32,000 nt of DNA from Halogeometricum borinquense DSM 11551 (GTDB lineage Archaea > Halobacteriota > Halobacteria > Halobacteriales > Haloferacaceae). The DNA is taken from NCBI RefSeq assembly GCF_000172995.2, contig NC_014729.1, positions 1,620,001 through 1,652,000 of the forward strand. Reading direction: 5' to 3'. Below the pieces are notes generated by a model that was not told the DNA's origin, made no database searches, and was given only the letters and a program-made list of their open reading frames with translations. Below are positions 15,340-23,619 of the stretch, one piece after another (the stretch's first letter is position 1; each line of letters begins with the position of its first letter). A program made the translations under genes and the position numbers.

Positions 15340-17100
15340 ATGTTCGTTTCGCTGGTTGTCCCAGCACACAACGAGGTCGGTAATTTGGAACGCCTCGTTG
15401 ACTCGGTAACGTCGGAGCTATCTCCGCCGAGGTTCGACCACGAGTTGGAAATCCTCCTCGTGGACGACAACAGTACCGACGAAACTCCTGGCCTCTGCGA
15501 TCAACTCGAACGAGAGTATTCGTCGGTCACGGTGGTTCACCGCCACGATAACCCTGGGTTTGGGAACGCGGTAAAAGAAGGGCTTTCGACAGCCTCTGGC
15601 GATATCATCATTCCGTTCATGGGCGATTTATCCGATAGCCCTAGCGATGTACCGAAGCTTGTCGAAGCTATCGAGGACGGGTACGATGTCGCCTACGGGT
15701 CTCGATTCACCGAGGGAGGTTCTGTTGACGGTTACCCTCCGGTTAAGCTGCTGTACAACCGCTCGTTCAACAATCTCATCCGTTTACTGTTCGGTATCCG
15801 GTCAAAAGACGTGACAAACGCTTTTACCGCGTATCGTCGTGAAGTGATCGAGGAAATCGGCGTCGAAACGCTTGATTCCGATAGTTTCGATATCACTGCT
15901 GAACTACCACTTCGAGCGCACATTCTCGGTTTCACGAGTACGGAAGTTCCAGTTACGTGGCAGAGTCGAGACGCCGGCGTAAGCAAACTTGATGCCACGA
16001 GGAAGGGGCCGGTCTACCTCAAACGACTTTCTGACTTGTTCGTTACTGGCAACCTCGTTGGACTGCGGGATCTACTCAGTGCGATTACCAGCGGTGGACC
16101 GCTTCGAATTGTCGGTGCGGCAGTGTTCGGCATCGCAATTCTCGTCGGCCTGTTCTCGCTGACCGGATTCGAGGGCGTCTTCCAGACGCTCAGTGATGCC
16201 CAACCTGCTTGGATTCTCGCTGCTGCGGGGATGTATGGTTCGACGTTCGCCTTCCGGACGTGGCGCTTCCGCGTTCTCCTTCGGACTGCGGGCCATATGG
16301 CATCGCGCGGTGGGGTTCTCAGAAGCATCTTCACCGGGTGGTTTGTGAACTTCCTGATACCCGCTCGGGCCGGTGATGTAGCTCGCGGCCTCGCGCTCAA
16401 ATCGACCGAAGACGTTCCATTCGGCGTCACGAGCGGCCTGGTTGTCGTCGAACGAATCCTCGACATGCTGATGCTCGGATTACTGATGGGTATCGTGACA
16501 TTGATGTTTCTCTCGAACAGCCAAGGTCGCTTCCTCGCCCTCGCCGCCTTTGGTCTCGCACTCGTCCTTCTCGTGGGTCTCGTCGTCCTCGTACAGTTAG
16601 ATGAGCGAATTGCAGACCGGTTCGAGTCTCGTTTCCCGCGTATCCGCGAGGGATTAGCCGGTCTCAGACACGCCGTGGGTTCTTTGCTCGACAATCCGTA
16701 CGCGCTTGCACTCGCACTCTTCCTCAGTCTCCCGGTCTGGTTGCTTGAGGCTAGCACACTGTTCCTTAGTGCCCGCGCACTCGGTGTCTCTCTCGACCTC
16801 ATCGTTGGCTTAACGGCGTCCGTCGCAGCGTTCCTCACGCAGGCCGTTCCTGTGACACCGGGCGGTTTGGGTACGTACGAGGCGGCCATTGCGGGCGTTC
16901 TGAGTCTGTTCAGCATCTCGACGACCCTCGGGACAAGTATCGGTTTGATCGACCACTTCATGCGTCTCGCGTTCGTCTACATCTTGGGTGCAATCAGCAC
17001 GGTCCACATCGGATTTCGGTCTCGAAGCTACTTCCGAGACCGGAGCACACAGGACTCGAGTAGTTCGAACGCGAATTCGCAATCGTTCACGAACAAGTAG
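15340..17100 (+). CDS. GT2 dolichyl-phosphate-sugar synthase-like glycosyltransferase fused to an MprF-type (UPF0104, flippase-like) multi-span membrane domain
   Basis: The N-terminal GT2 part has VVPAHNE, LLVDDNSTDET and FMGDLSD (the DxD region). From about nt 16100 there are 7-8 hydrophobic helices with the LPG-synthase-TM-like signature WRFRVLL...FLIPARAGDVARG (16351-16389). I chose the ATG at 15340, because the track start at 15322 is a TTG. Confidence 0.8.
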   Translation: MFVSLVVPAHNEVGNLERLVDSVTSELSPPRFDHELEILLVDDNSTDETPGLCDQLEREYSSVTVVHRHDNPGFGNAVKEGLSTASGDIIIPFMGDLSDSPSDVPKLVEAIEDGYDVAYGSRFTEGGSVDGYPPVKLLYNRSFNNLIRLLFGIRSKDVTNAFTAYRREVIEEIGVETLDSDSFDITAELPLRAHILGFTSTEVPVTWQSRDAGVSKLDATRKGPVYLKRLSDLFVTGNLVGLRDLLSAITSGGPLRIVGAAVFGIAILVGLFSLTGFEGVFQTLSDAQPAWILAAAGMYGSTFAFRTWRFRVLLRTAGHMASRGGVLRSIFTGWFVNFLIPARAGDVARGLALKSTEDVPFGVTSGLVVVERILDMLMLGLLMGIVTLMFLSNSQGRFLALAAFGLALVLLVGLVVLVQLDERIADRFESRFPRIREGLAGLRHAVGSLLDNPYALALALFLSLPVWLLEASTLFLSARALGVSLDLIVGLTASVAAFLTQAVPVTPGGLGTYEAAIAGVLSLFSISTTLGTSIGLIDHFMRLAFVYILGAISTVHIGFRSRSYFRDRSTQDSSSSNANSQSFTNK

Positions 17101-17201
17101 TTCGGCTCTAGCCTCTCGTTTTGGCAAGAAAACGTCAGATTCATTCTCCTCGTCTCCGCGTAAGGATAATCTTAAGCAACCCCCGAATAAGACTGGCCTA
17201 T

Positions 17202-17918
17202 ATGTACCAAGGGAATCGGGTGATGGTCGGGATGCCCGCTTACAATGAGGCGGAGAATATTGCGACCGCAGTGGAGAATTTCTTGGCCCAAAATACGGTT
17301 GACGAAGTCGTCGTCGTTGACAATAACTCATCCGATAACACCGCAGAACTTGCTGAAGAGGCTGGCGCGACCGTCGTATCTGAGACGAGACAGGGGTACG
17401 GATACGCCTGTCAGCGCGCCTTCCAAGAGATGTACGAACACGACTCAGATCTCCTCGTCCTCGTCGAACCCGACGGGACGTTCGTCGCGGACGATATCGA
17501 GAAGTTGCTTTCCTACTCGTCTGACTTCGATTTCGTAGTCGGTACGCGCACATCTCCACAGCTCATCTGGGAGGGTGCAAACATGGACCCGTTCCTCCGG
17601 TGGGGAAACTGGTTCGTGGGAAAACTTGTCGAAGTACTGCATAACACGTCGAATCTGACTGACGTAGGATGTACGTTCCGCCTCATCAAAGCTGACGCAT
17701 ACGAGGATATTCGTCACCGATTCCGTATCGGTGGATCGCACTTCTCACCCCACATGCTCATTGAGGCGGCCCGTGAGGACATCTCGATGATAGAGATCCC
17801 GGTCAACTATCGCTCGCGGAAGGGGACCTCGAAGATTACGGGTGAACGCTGGCCGGCGTTCAAACTCGGCCTTGTGATGATCTGGCTCGTCGTCTCTGAG
17901 TGGTACAGCGACAACTGA
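17202..17918 (+). CDS. GT2 family glycosyltransferase (short, DPM1/dolichyl-phosphate-hexose synthase-like)
   Basis: The motifs are GMPAYNEAENI, VVVDNNSSDNT and LVEPDGTF, with a C-terminal amphipathic/hydrophobic tail (FKLGLVMIWLVV). I prefer the ATG at 17202 because a TATA-like GGATAATCTTAAG lies about 30 nt upstream. The track start at 17121 adds an Arg-rich non-coding-like extension. Confidence 0.75.
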   Translation: MYQGNRVMVGMPAYNEAENIATAVENFLAQNTVDEVVVVDNNSSDNTAELAEEAGATVVSETRQGYGYACQRAFQEMYEHDSDLLVLVEPDGTFVADDIEKLLSYSSDFDFVVGTRTSPQLIWEGANMDPFLRWGNWFVGKLVEVLHNTSNLTDVGCTFRLIKADAYEDIRHRFRIGGSHFSPHMLIEAAREDISMIEIPVNYRSRKGTSKITGERWPAFKLGLVMIWLVVSEWYSDN

Positions 17919-18030
17919 CGGGACAGATCATGCAATTTTCCTCTGATATGAGAAACATCCCACCTATGCCCGTCATTCGGGACTGTGTCGTGTTCCGTCT
18001 TCGACCGCTCTGCCGAGTCTCTGTCCGCCC

Positions 18031-19800
18031 ATGAGTCTCACACCGGACGGCCTTAGGTCGAGAGTCGCTTGGATTCCAGTCGGTATCACTGCTGTCGTTG
18101 CTGCCGTGTTAGCCATCCCGGCGCTGACCGACTCGTTCGCCGGTGATGAGATGGTGTTTGTCGGAGCGATGCGAGCGGCGGCCGAGACGGGACGACCGCT
18201 ATTTTACAAGAGTGTCCAGTTTGGTCAACAGTGGGGAATGTGGCATCCGCCGACGTACGTTTACTCCGTTGCGGCGGCTATCGTGGCTTTTGGAACCAAT
18301 ACGATAGTCATCCGCGGCGCGACGTTCGTTGCGACGTTGCTGACGCTTCCGCTACTCGTCGCTCTCGTCAACACACTCGTTGACCGTGACGCTGTCTCGG
18401 TTCGCAAGTCGTGGCGGTCGCCCTCATGGCAACTCGCTGCACTGGTCCTTGCTCTCTACGTGCTCTCGCCGTTGACGATTCAGAACGGCACGCTCGTAGA
18501 CATCGACGGCAGTCTCTTGCCTATTGGCGTTACGGCGTTTATCCTGTACGCAATTCGGACATTCGAACGGGACGGTCCGATCCCGAAATCTCGGTATATT
18601 GGGCTCGCGATATTGTTTGCGGGCGTTTCGTGGATAAAATTTGGTCCGCTTCCTGTCCTCGTCGCATCGTTTGTCGGCTACCTCGTCCTCCGCGGCCAGT
18701 ATCGGCGACTGCTACCGGCTGTCGCCGCCTTGGTGGTCGGGTTCGGATTGTTCTCTGTGACGTGGTGGGGCGTCTCGTCAGCTCTCGACTTACCGTTTTG
18801 GCGACCGTACGAACACAACTTCGGGATGCTTCTGTCTGGGGGTGACGGCCGTGAAATCGCCCTTCAGACGCGACTGATGCTCAGCGGGTGGGCCGGCTAT
18901 GCCTCACTGCTGTGGCTTTCACCGTTTCTTGTCCTGTTGGCAGTTGGCTCGCTCGTCTCGAACCAGGAGACTGCCCGCCCGACGCTTGAGTGGCTACAAA
19001 ATCGTGCACCGGTCCTCTTCGTCGGCGCTGTTGCTGTTCTCACTTACGTCCAGTACACTGTTCTTGCGAAGCTTCCCTACGGATTCCCGAAGTACATGGG
19101 CATATCGACGCCTTTGTTTGCGGTTCTTGCTGCGGTGTGTGTCGCTCACTTCCTCGATGCACCGCTCGAAACCCGTCGTCTCTGGCGTTTCGGTGCAGTT
19201 CTCGCGGGAGTCGTCGCCGCAGTCACGTTCCTCGCACCTGACCCATTTTACGTCTCGTTTAACAAGGGAACGATGGCCGTCCTACTCCGTGCTGGTGGGA
19301 CAGTTCTTGCCTACTCTGTTGGATTCGCGTCGGTATACGCCCTCTTCGATCACGTTGAAACAGGTGTAGAACTGAATCGGTCGTCGATTGCTGCTGTGGC
19401 ACTCGTCGTCTTGCTTGTCGGGACTAACGGCGGATTGATTCTCACGCAGGCGACAGCGGGGTACAGCACACACTACGACTACGGCCAGAAGGGGAATGAT
19501 GAGGTACTCTCGTACGTCAAAGAGACGTATGCTGACCTCCCAGCTGACGAGCAGTCTGAGGTCGTTGTCCCATTCGATATCGGACTCAAACTCCGTGAAC
19601 CGTACCACGACACCGAACTCTACTCCGTCTCGGATCTCGAGGATAGTCAACCACCGCTAGTCATCGTCAAACACCGAAAGTACTACGCCGTCAATTCGGC
19701 GCTGTTGGATCGACTGAACGACCATTCCGACTACTCGAAGCGGACTGTCGGATCGTTCTCTATATTCATCCGAGAAGACGTTTCGACAGAACAGAACTGA
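18031..19800 (+). CDS. GT-C fold membrane glycosyltransferase (PMT_2/ArnT-like, polyprenyl-phosphate-sugar dependent)
   Basis: 589 aa with about 12 hydrophobic helices. A DE motif (FAGDEMVFVG) follows directly after the first helix, as in the PMT and ArnT families. The C-terminal ~110 aa are soluble and acidic. Confidence 0.55.
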   Translation: MSLTPDGLRSRVAWIPVGITAVVAAVLAIPALTDSFAGDEMVFVGAMRAAAETGRPLFYKSVQFGQQWGMWHPPTYVYSVAAAIVAFGTNTIVIRGATFVATLLTLPLLVALVNTLVDRDAVSVRKSWRSPSWQLAALVLALYVLSPLTIQNGTLVDIDGSLLPIGVTAFILYAIRTFERDGPIPKSRYIGLAILFAGVSWIKFGPLPVLVASFVGYLVLRGQYRRLLPAVAALVVGFGLFSVTWWGVSSALDLPFWRPYEHNFGMLLSGGDGREIALQTRLMLSGWAGYASLLWLSPFLVLLAVGSLVSNQETARPTLEWLQNRAPVLFVGAVAVLTYVQYTVLAKLPYGFPKYMGISTPLFAVLAAVCVAHFLDAPLETRRLWRFGAVLAGVVAAVTFLAPDPFYVSFNKGTMAVLLRAGGTVLAYSVGFASVYALFDHVETGVELNRSSIAAVALVVLLVGTNGGLILTQATAGYSTHYDYGQKGNDEVLSYVKETYADLPADEQSEVVVPFDIGLKLREPYHDTELYSVSDLEDSQPPLVIVKHRKYYAVNSALLDRLNDHSDYSKRTVGSFSIFIREDVSTEQN

Positions 19801-19852
19801 CAACCGGTTTGCCGTCAAAGGGTTTGTATTCCGGGCTGGCTACCGTTCGTCG

Positions 19853-21220
19853 TTACCGATTGAATTGTATCGGGTTCCGGAACTGAATTTCGACACTACG
19901 CCATCGAATCTCTAAGATACCCCACGTGAACAGACTTCCAACGCACAGCATCGCGCCAAGCAGTTCGTACACGCCGACCCAACCAGGTAGCAAGAACATC
20001 ACGCCGTGGACTAGTTTGTTCGGGAAGAGCGACGTGATCATTCCAGGAATGCGCGACACCAAACTTGGCTTGGCTTGCTCTGTATCGACTACGTCGCCGG
20101 GTTCTCTCGACGGTAGTCCAAGCGCTGCGGCACTTTCTCCCCCGGCACTTTCGTCTCCAGTCCCGAGCCGTTCGGCTTCGTACGCCATCTGAATCTCGTA
20201 CGACCAGACAATTTCGCCATCGGTGTTGAGATCGATGACCCGACCGGCGGCAGTATCGGTCACGAGGGTATTCCCGTTCGGGAGTCTGTCAGCGTCTCGT
20301 GGCCACGACATCGTCCTGTCTTGCCACGTCCACGACTCGACCCATTCACCCTCCGACCGCTGGAACTCAACGATCCGGTTGTTCTCCGAGTCAGCGACGA
20401 TGACAGCGGGTCCACCCATCTTCGTGGGAATGTAGTCGGGGTTGTGCTGTTCGTATATCGTCTCGAACTCGTCTTCGCCTCCGAGGGTCCACGACTCCTC
20501 AAGACCCGACCGGTTCAAGAACACCACTTGGTCTTGGTTACGGAGGCTGGCCATGATGCGGCCGTCGTCAAGCAGTTCGACGTCGTTGATATGCGTCCAA
20601 TCATACGGGTACGCACCGCCGCCGTTACGGGGGAACGACTGTTCGGCGCGCCATTTCCACACAATCGTGCCCGTCTCAATGTTTAGGAGATGGACGTTAT
20701 CTCGGGCTATGTCTGCAACGAGGTAGTGTGTCTCATTCACACGGTCTACATCGTGCCACTGGACGGTTTCCGTACGACCGATACGTCGCGGCGGCCGCCA
20801 CGGATACGTCCGACTGTACAGCGTCTTCACTTCGCCGGTCGTCAAGTTTACTGTCCGGATGAGGTTCTTCCGACAACTGGTTACGCTCTTGCACTCTGAC
20901 GGAGAGAGCGTTTCACTGGCACCAAACAGGAGTGTCGACTTCTTATCCGATACTGGATCAACGTCCCAGTACGAATCGTGCTCTGTGTGTTTGTAGTACT
21001 CTGTGTTGTCCGCTCCGACGACCACAAACTTTGCAGTCGCGTGCGGACTATCAGCGACTGTTATCGCTGTTAATTCCTGCGAAACGTTTGGTGAGTACGT
21101 CGCAGTCTTCGATTCTTCTCCACTAACCGATTCATAACTGACATAACCCGATGCGACAGTACTGCTTCCGAGAAGCAGCACTATAAGTAGCGCAAATCGG
21201 GCTTTGGTCCGTCCCCCCAT
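19853..21220 (-). CDS. Membrane-tethered extracytoplasmic arylsulfotransferase (ASST)-like beta-propeller protein
   Basis: An N-terminal signal/anchor (KARFALLIVLLLGSSTVASG) and C-terminal hydrophobic segment(s) (VMFLLPGWVGVYELLGAMLCVGSLFTWGIL) bracket the soluble part. The central region has ASST-like blocks as I recall them: WTHINDVELLDDGRIMASLRNQDQVVFLN, YEQHNPDY, ADSENNRIVEF and LPNGNTLVTD. The assignment comes from motif memory only. Confidence 0.5.
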   Translation of the reverse strand: MGGRTKARFALLIVLLLGSSTVASGYVSYESVSGEESKTATYSPNVSQELTAITVADSPHATAKFVVVGADNTEYYKHTEHDSYWDVDPVSDKKSTLLFGASETLSPSECKSVTSCRKNLIRTVNLTTGEVKTLYSRTYPWRPPRRIGRTETVQWHDVDRVNETHYLVADIARDNVHLLNIETGTIVWKWRAEQSFPRNGGGAYPYDWTHINDVELLDDGRIMASLRNQDQVVFLNRSGLEESWTLGGEDEFETIYEQHNPDYIPTKMGGPAVIVADSENNRIVEFQRSEGEWVESWTWQDRTMSWPRDADRLPNGNTLVTDTAAGRVIDLNTDGEIVWSYEIQMAYEAERLGTGDESAGGESAAALGLPSREPGDVVDTEQAKPSLVSRIPGMITSLFPNKLVHGVMFLLPGWVGVYELLGAMLCVGSLFTWGILEIRWRSVEIQFRNPIQFNR

Positions 21221-21404
21221 CGTTCTGTGACCGTCTGTGGAGAGACATAGTACAAGAAGTTACTGTATAGTACTGCATCATTTTAGAATGATTGTCACTT
21301 CTATCCAATTTCCCCACAAACTACTCAATGATTTGCCACACTAGTTATCAAATTCTGTATTTGGTGGCGAAGATACTTGTACGGTACCGATTCAGATCAC
21401 TGGT
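21221..21404. promoter_or_regulatory. AT-rich divergent promoter region between the ASST-like gene and the FkbM operon
   Basis: This is the most AT-rich spacer in the island. It has a hairpin/palindrome ATCATT-TTAG-AATGAT (21277-21292) and the direct repeat ATAGTAC at 21247-21253 and 21267-21273. Confidence 0.45.
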
Positions 21405-22238
21405 ATGCAGTCTCTGGTACGGAGCGCGAGGGAGGTGTACCGTCATGACGGTCCTCTCTCGGTTTTCAAGTGGGGTTTGAAATGGGGGGCATGGCGAATT
21501 GGCTTAAATAACGTGTATCAACAGTTCGTTTCCGACCATCTCGTCCTTCCGTTGGACGATCTCAGTGTGTCGTTTGCCTCGTCCGGTGCGAGTGTCTTCT
21601 ACGACTTCACCGACGATTTCGAGAGCGAGAAGGACATCGTCTCGGAAGTTCTCGATGCTGTCGAGGGCGGCGACGTGTTCTATGATATTGGGGCGAATAT
21701 CGGCCTGTACGCGTGTTTCGTCGGAACCGCGTCTGACGACATCGACGTCGTCGCGTTCGAGCCGAGTCACAGAGCTAGTAGCGAGCTACGTAAAAACATT
21801 GAACTCAACCGTCTCGACGTGCAGATCCGTTCCGAAGCGCTCTCCGATGAGTGCGGTACGGCCTCGTTCGTGGATGAGGGATTGACGCAGAATCACCTCC
21901 AGTCTCGCGCCGAGACAGGGACAGCCGACGCTACCGAAGTGCCGATAGTGACTGGTGATTCGCTCGTAGACGACGGCGAAACGCCCCACCCGACAGTAGC
22001 GAAAATCGACGTCGAAGGCGCGGAGATGCAGGTCCTCCAGGGGCTCGACGCGGAACTCAGCCGTCCGGAGTTCAGAACCGTGTTTTGCGAGGTTCATCCC
22101 CGAAAGCTCCCCGAATACGATAGTTCGCCCGAGGAAGTCGAACAGTTCCTCCGAGAACGGGGGTTCTCGCTGGAAACTCTCTACGAGCGCCGTTCGCAGT
22201 ATTATCTCAAGGCTGTGAAGGACGACCACGAGGAGTAG
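21405..22238 (+). CDS. FkbM-family SAM-dependent methyltransferase
   Basis: The motifs are VFYDIGANIGLYA, VVAFEPSHRASSELRKNIELNRL and KIDVEGAEMQVLQGL. The stop lies 3 nt before the next ATG. Confidence 0.8.
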   Translation: MQSLVRSAREVYRHDGPLSVFKWGLKWGAWRIGLNNVYQQFVSDHLVLPLDDLSVSFASSGASVFYDFTDDFESEKDIVSEVLDAVEGGDVFYDIGANIGLYACFVGTASDDIDVVAFEPSHRASSELRKNIELNRLDVQIRSEALSDECGTASFVDEGLTQNHLQSRAETGTADATEVPIVTGDSLVDDGETPHPTVAKIDVEGAEMQVLQGLDAELSRPEFRTVFCEVHPRKLPEYDSSPEEVEQFLRERGFSLETLYERRSQYYLKAVKDDHEE

Positions 22239-22241
22239 CTG

Positions 22242-23498
22242 ATGTTCGACACCGGTCACCTCCGAAGGCGGTGTGAGGCGGTGAATACGGCGCTACGCAA
22301 CTCGATTGGAGTCGGCGTCCCGGTCCTGATCGTCGCACTTTCACTCTTCGTTGTGCCGTTTGTCGATCTCTCGCTGGTGGTCGCCGATATCATCGAGTTC
22401 GATCCAGTGTACGACTTCGTCACGTCGTACTACGGTGCGGCGAGGGGATACCTTGCGGGCGAAGCCGTCTACGCCAACCCTGACCACCCGTACATCTACC
22501 CGCCGCTGACGCTGCTTCTGTGGCTCCCGTTCGTCGTCTTTGATCCCTTGCTGGCAGGCGTTGTCTGGGATATTGTCGTCCTCGGGGTGCTGTACGCGAG
22601 CGTGCTGTTCCTGCTGTCGTCTCGGAATGTCTCACTAAACGCACGGTGGCGCTTTGGACTCCTCGCGGCGCTGGTCGGATTCTACCCGACGATCTTGTGG
22701 CTCAAAGCGGGACAGGTATCCGGACTGCTAGCTGCGCTCCTGTGCGTCGCTGCTGGTTTATCCGGTGGGGACGAGGGCCCTCGACACGGCATTTTGACTG
22801 GAGCCATCCTCGCGGTCGTCTCGTTGTTCAAGCCGTTCTATGCGGTCGCGGCAACGCCGGTTCCGCGGAAGAACGCGAGACTGGTTGGTGGGTTTCTCGG
22901 CGTCGCTGTCGTCATCCTTGCCGGTCTCATTATCTTTGGCATCGACATGCAACTCGCTCAATTTGACTACCTCCTCACCGGTCTCGGCTGGGGTGAGACG
23001 GCAGAGGCCGGTGGTGGGGGTTCGTCGCCGACGAACTGGGGACCCTATTACTTCCGGCCGTTCATCGTATTCGGAGGATTCGCACTGTACGTAAAGTTCG
23101 CGTTCGTCGCCCTCCTCGCGGTCGTCTCAATCGCTAGTCGGTGGATGGACTCTACGGAACTTGATGAGCGACTGTTCGTTCTCGGATTTACTGCGGTGCC
23201 ACTTCTCAGTCCCATCTCGGACCTGTTCGCGGTCAACGCCCTGATTCCGGCTCTCGTTCTCACCTCAGTCGCGGAACTGCGGCGGGAGGAGTCACTCATT
23301 CAGGTTCCGCTGTTCACTGTCCTCATGATTCAAATACACCCGTACCTGTTCGGCTTCCTCGCCAGTTTCGGTCCGCGGTACGTCCCGGAACTTCGCGTCT
23401 TGGAACCGGTACTTCCACTGCTTCAACCTGCTCTCTGGGGTATCTTCGCGCTTGTCGGACTCCAATTGTACCGTATCTCGAAGGAAGTGGACTTCTGA
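22242..23498 (+). CDS. GT87/DUF2029-like GT-C membrane glycosyltransferase, paralog 1
   Basis: 418 aa and polytopic. The first-loop region is DFVTSYYGAARGYLAGEAVYANPDHPYIYPPLTLLLWLPF, an Asp plus YxYPP pattern as in PimE-type enzymes. It shares GFYPTILWLKAGQVSGLL with the next gene. Confidence 0.5.
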   Translation: MFDTGHLRRRCEAVNTALRNSIGVGVPVLIVALSLFVVPFVDLSLVVADIIEFDPVYDFVTSYYGAARGYLAGEAVYANPDHPYIYPPLTLLLWLPFVVFDPLLAGVVWDIVVLGVLYASVLFLLSSRNVSLNARWRFGLLAALVGFYPTILWLKAGQVSGLLAALLCVAAGLSGGDEGPRHGILTGAILAVVSLFKPFYAVAATPVPRKNARLVGGFLGVAVVILAGLIIFGIDMQLAQFDYLLTGLGWGETAEAGGGGSSPTNWGPYYFRPFIVFGGFALYVKFAFVALLAVVSIASRWMDSTELDERLFVLGFTAVPLLSPISDLFAVNALIPALVLTSVAELRREESLIQVPLFTVLMIQIHPYLFGFLASFGPRYVPELRVLEPVLPLLQPALWGIFALVGLQLYRISKEVDF

Positions 23499-23619
23499 AC
23501 TGATTCTCGCGCCTCACTCTTTCCGACTCGGGCTTGCCCGTTCTTTCGGCTACTGTCGCCGAAATCAACAACGACGGTAGATAGTGAGATATTAATGAGT
23601 CGTCGCAGAATTCCGCGGC

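Noticed and set aside
16014-16961. A 315-aa minus-strand ORF and the 249-aa ORF at 16810-17559, both opposite the GT2 genes.
   Set aside because: Their composition is extremely rich in Arg, Ser, Pro and Thr. They overlap well-supported GT2/flippase-like coding sequence, so I judge them antisense shadow frames.
15322-17201. The track start codons at 15322 (TTG), 17121, 6076 and 29548 (GTG).
   Set aside because: In each case an internal ATG (15340, 17202, 5998, 29584) begins at the conserved N-terminal motif or aligns with the paralog N-terminus. Those ATGs also sit about 25-30 nt downstream of a TATA-like element. The extensions are Arg-rich or unalignable.
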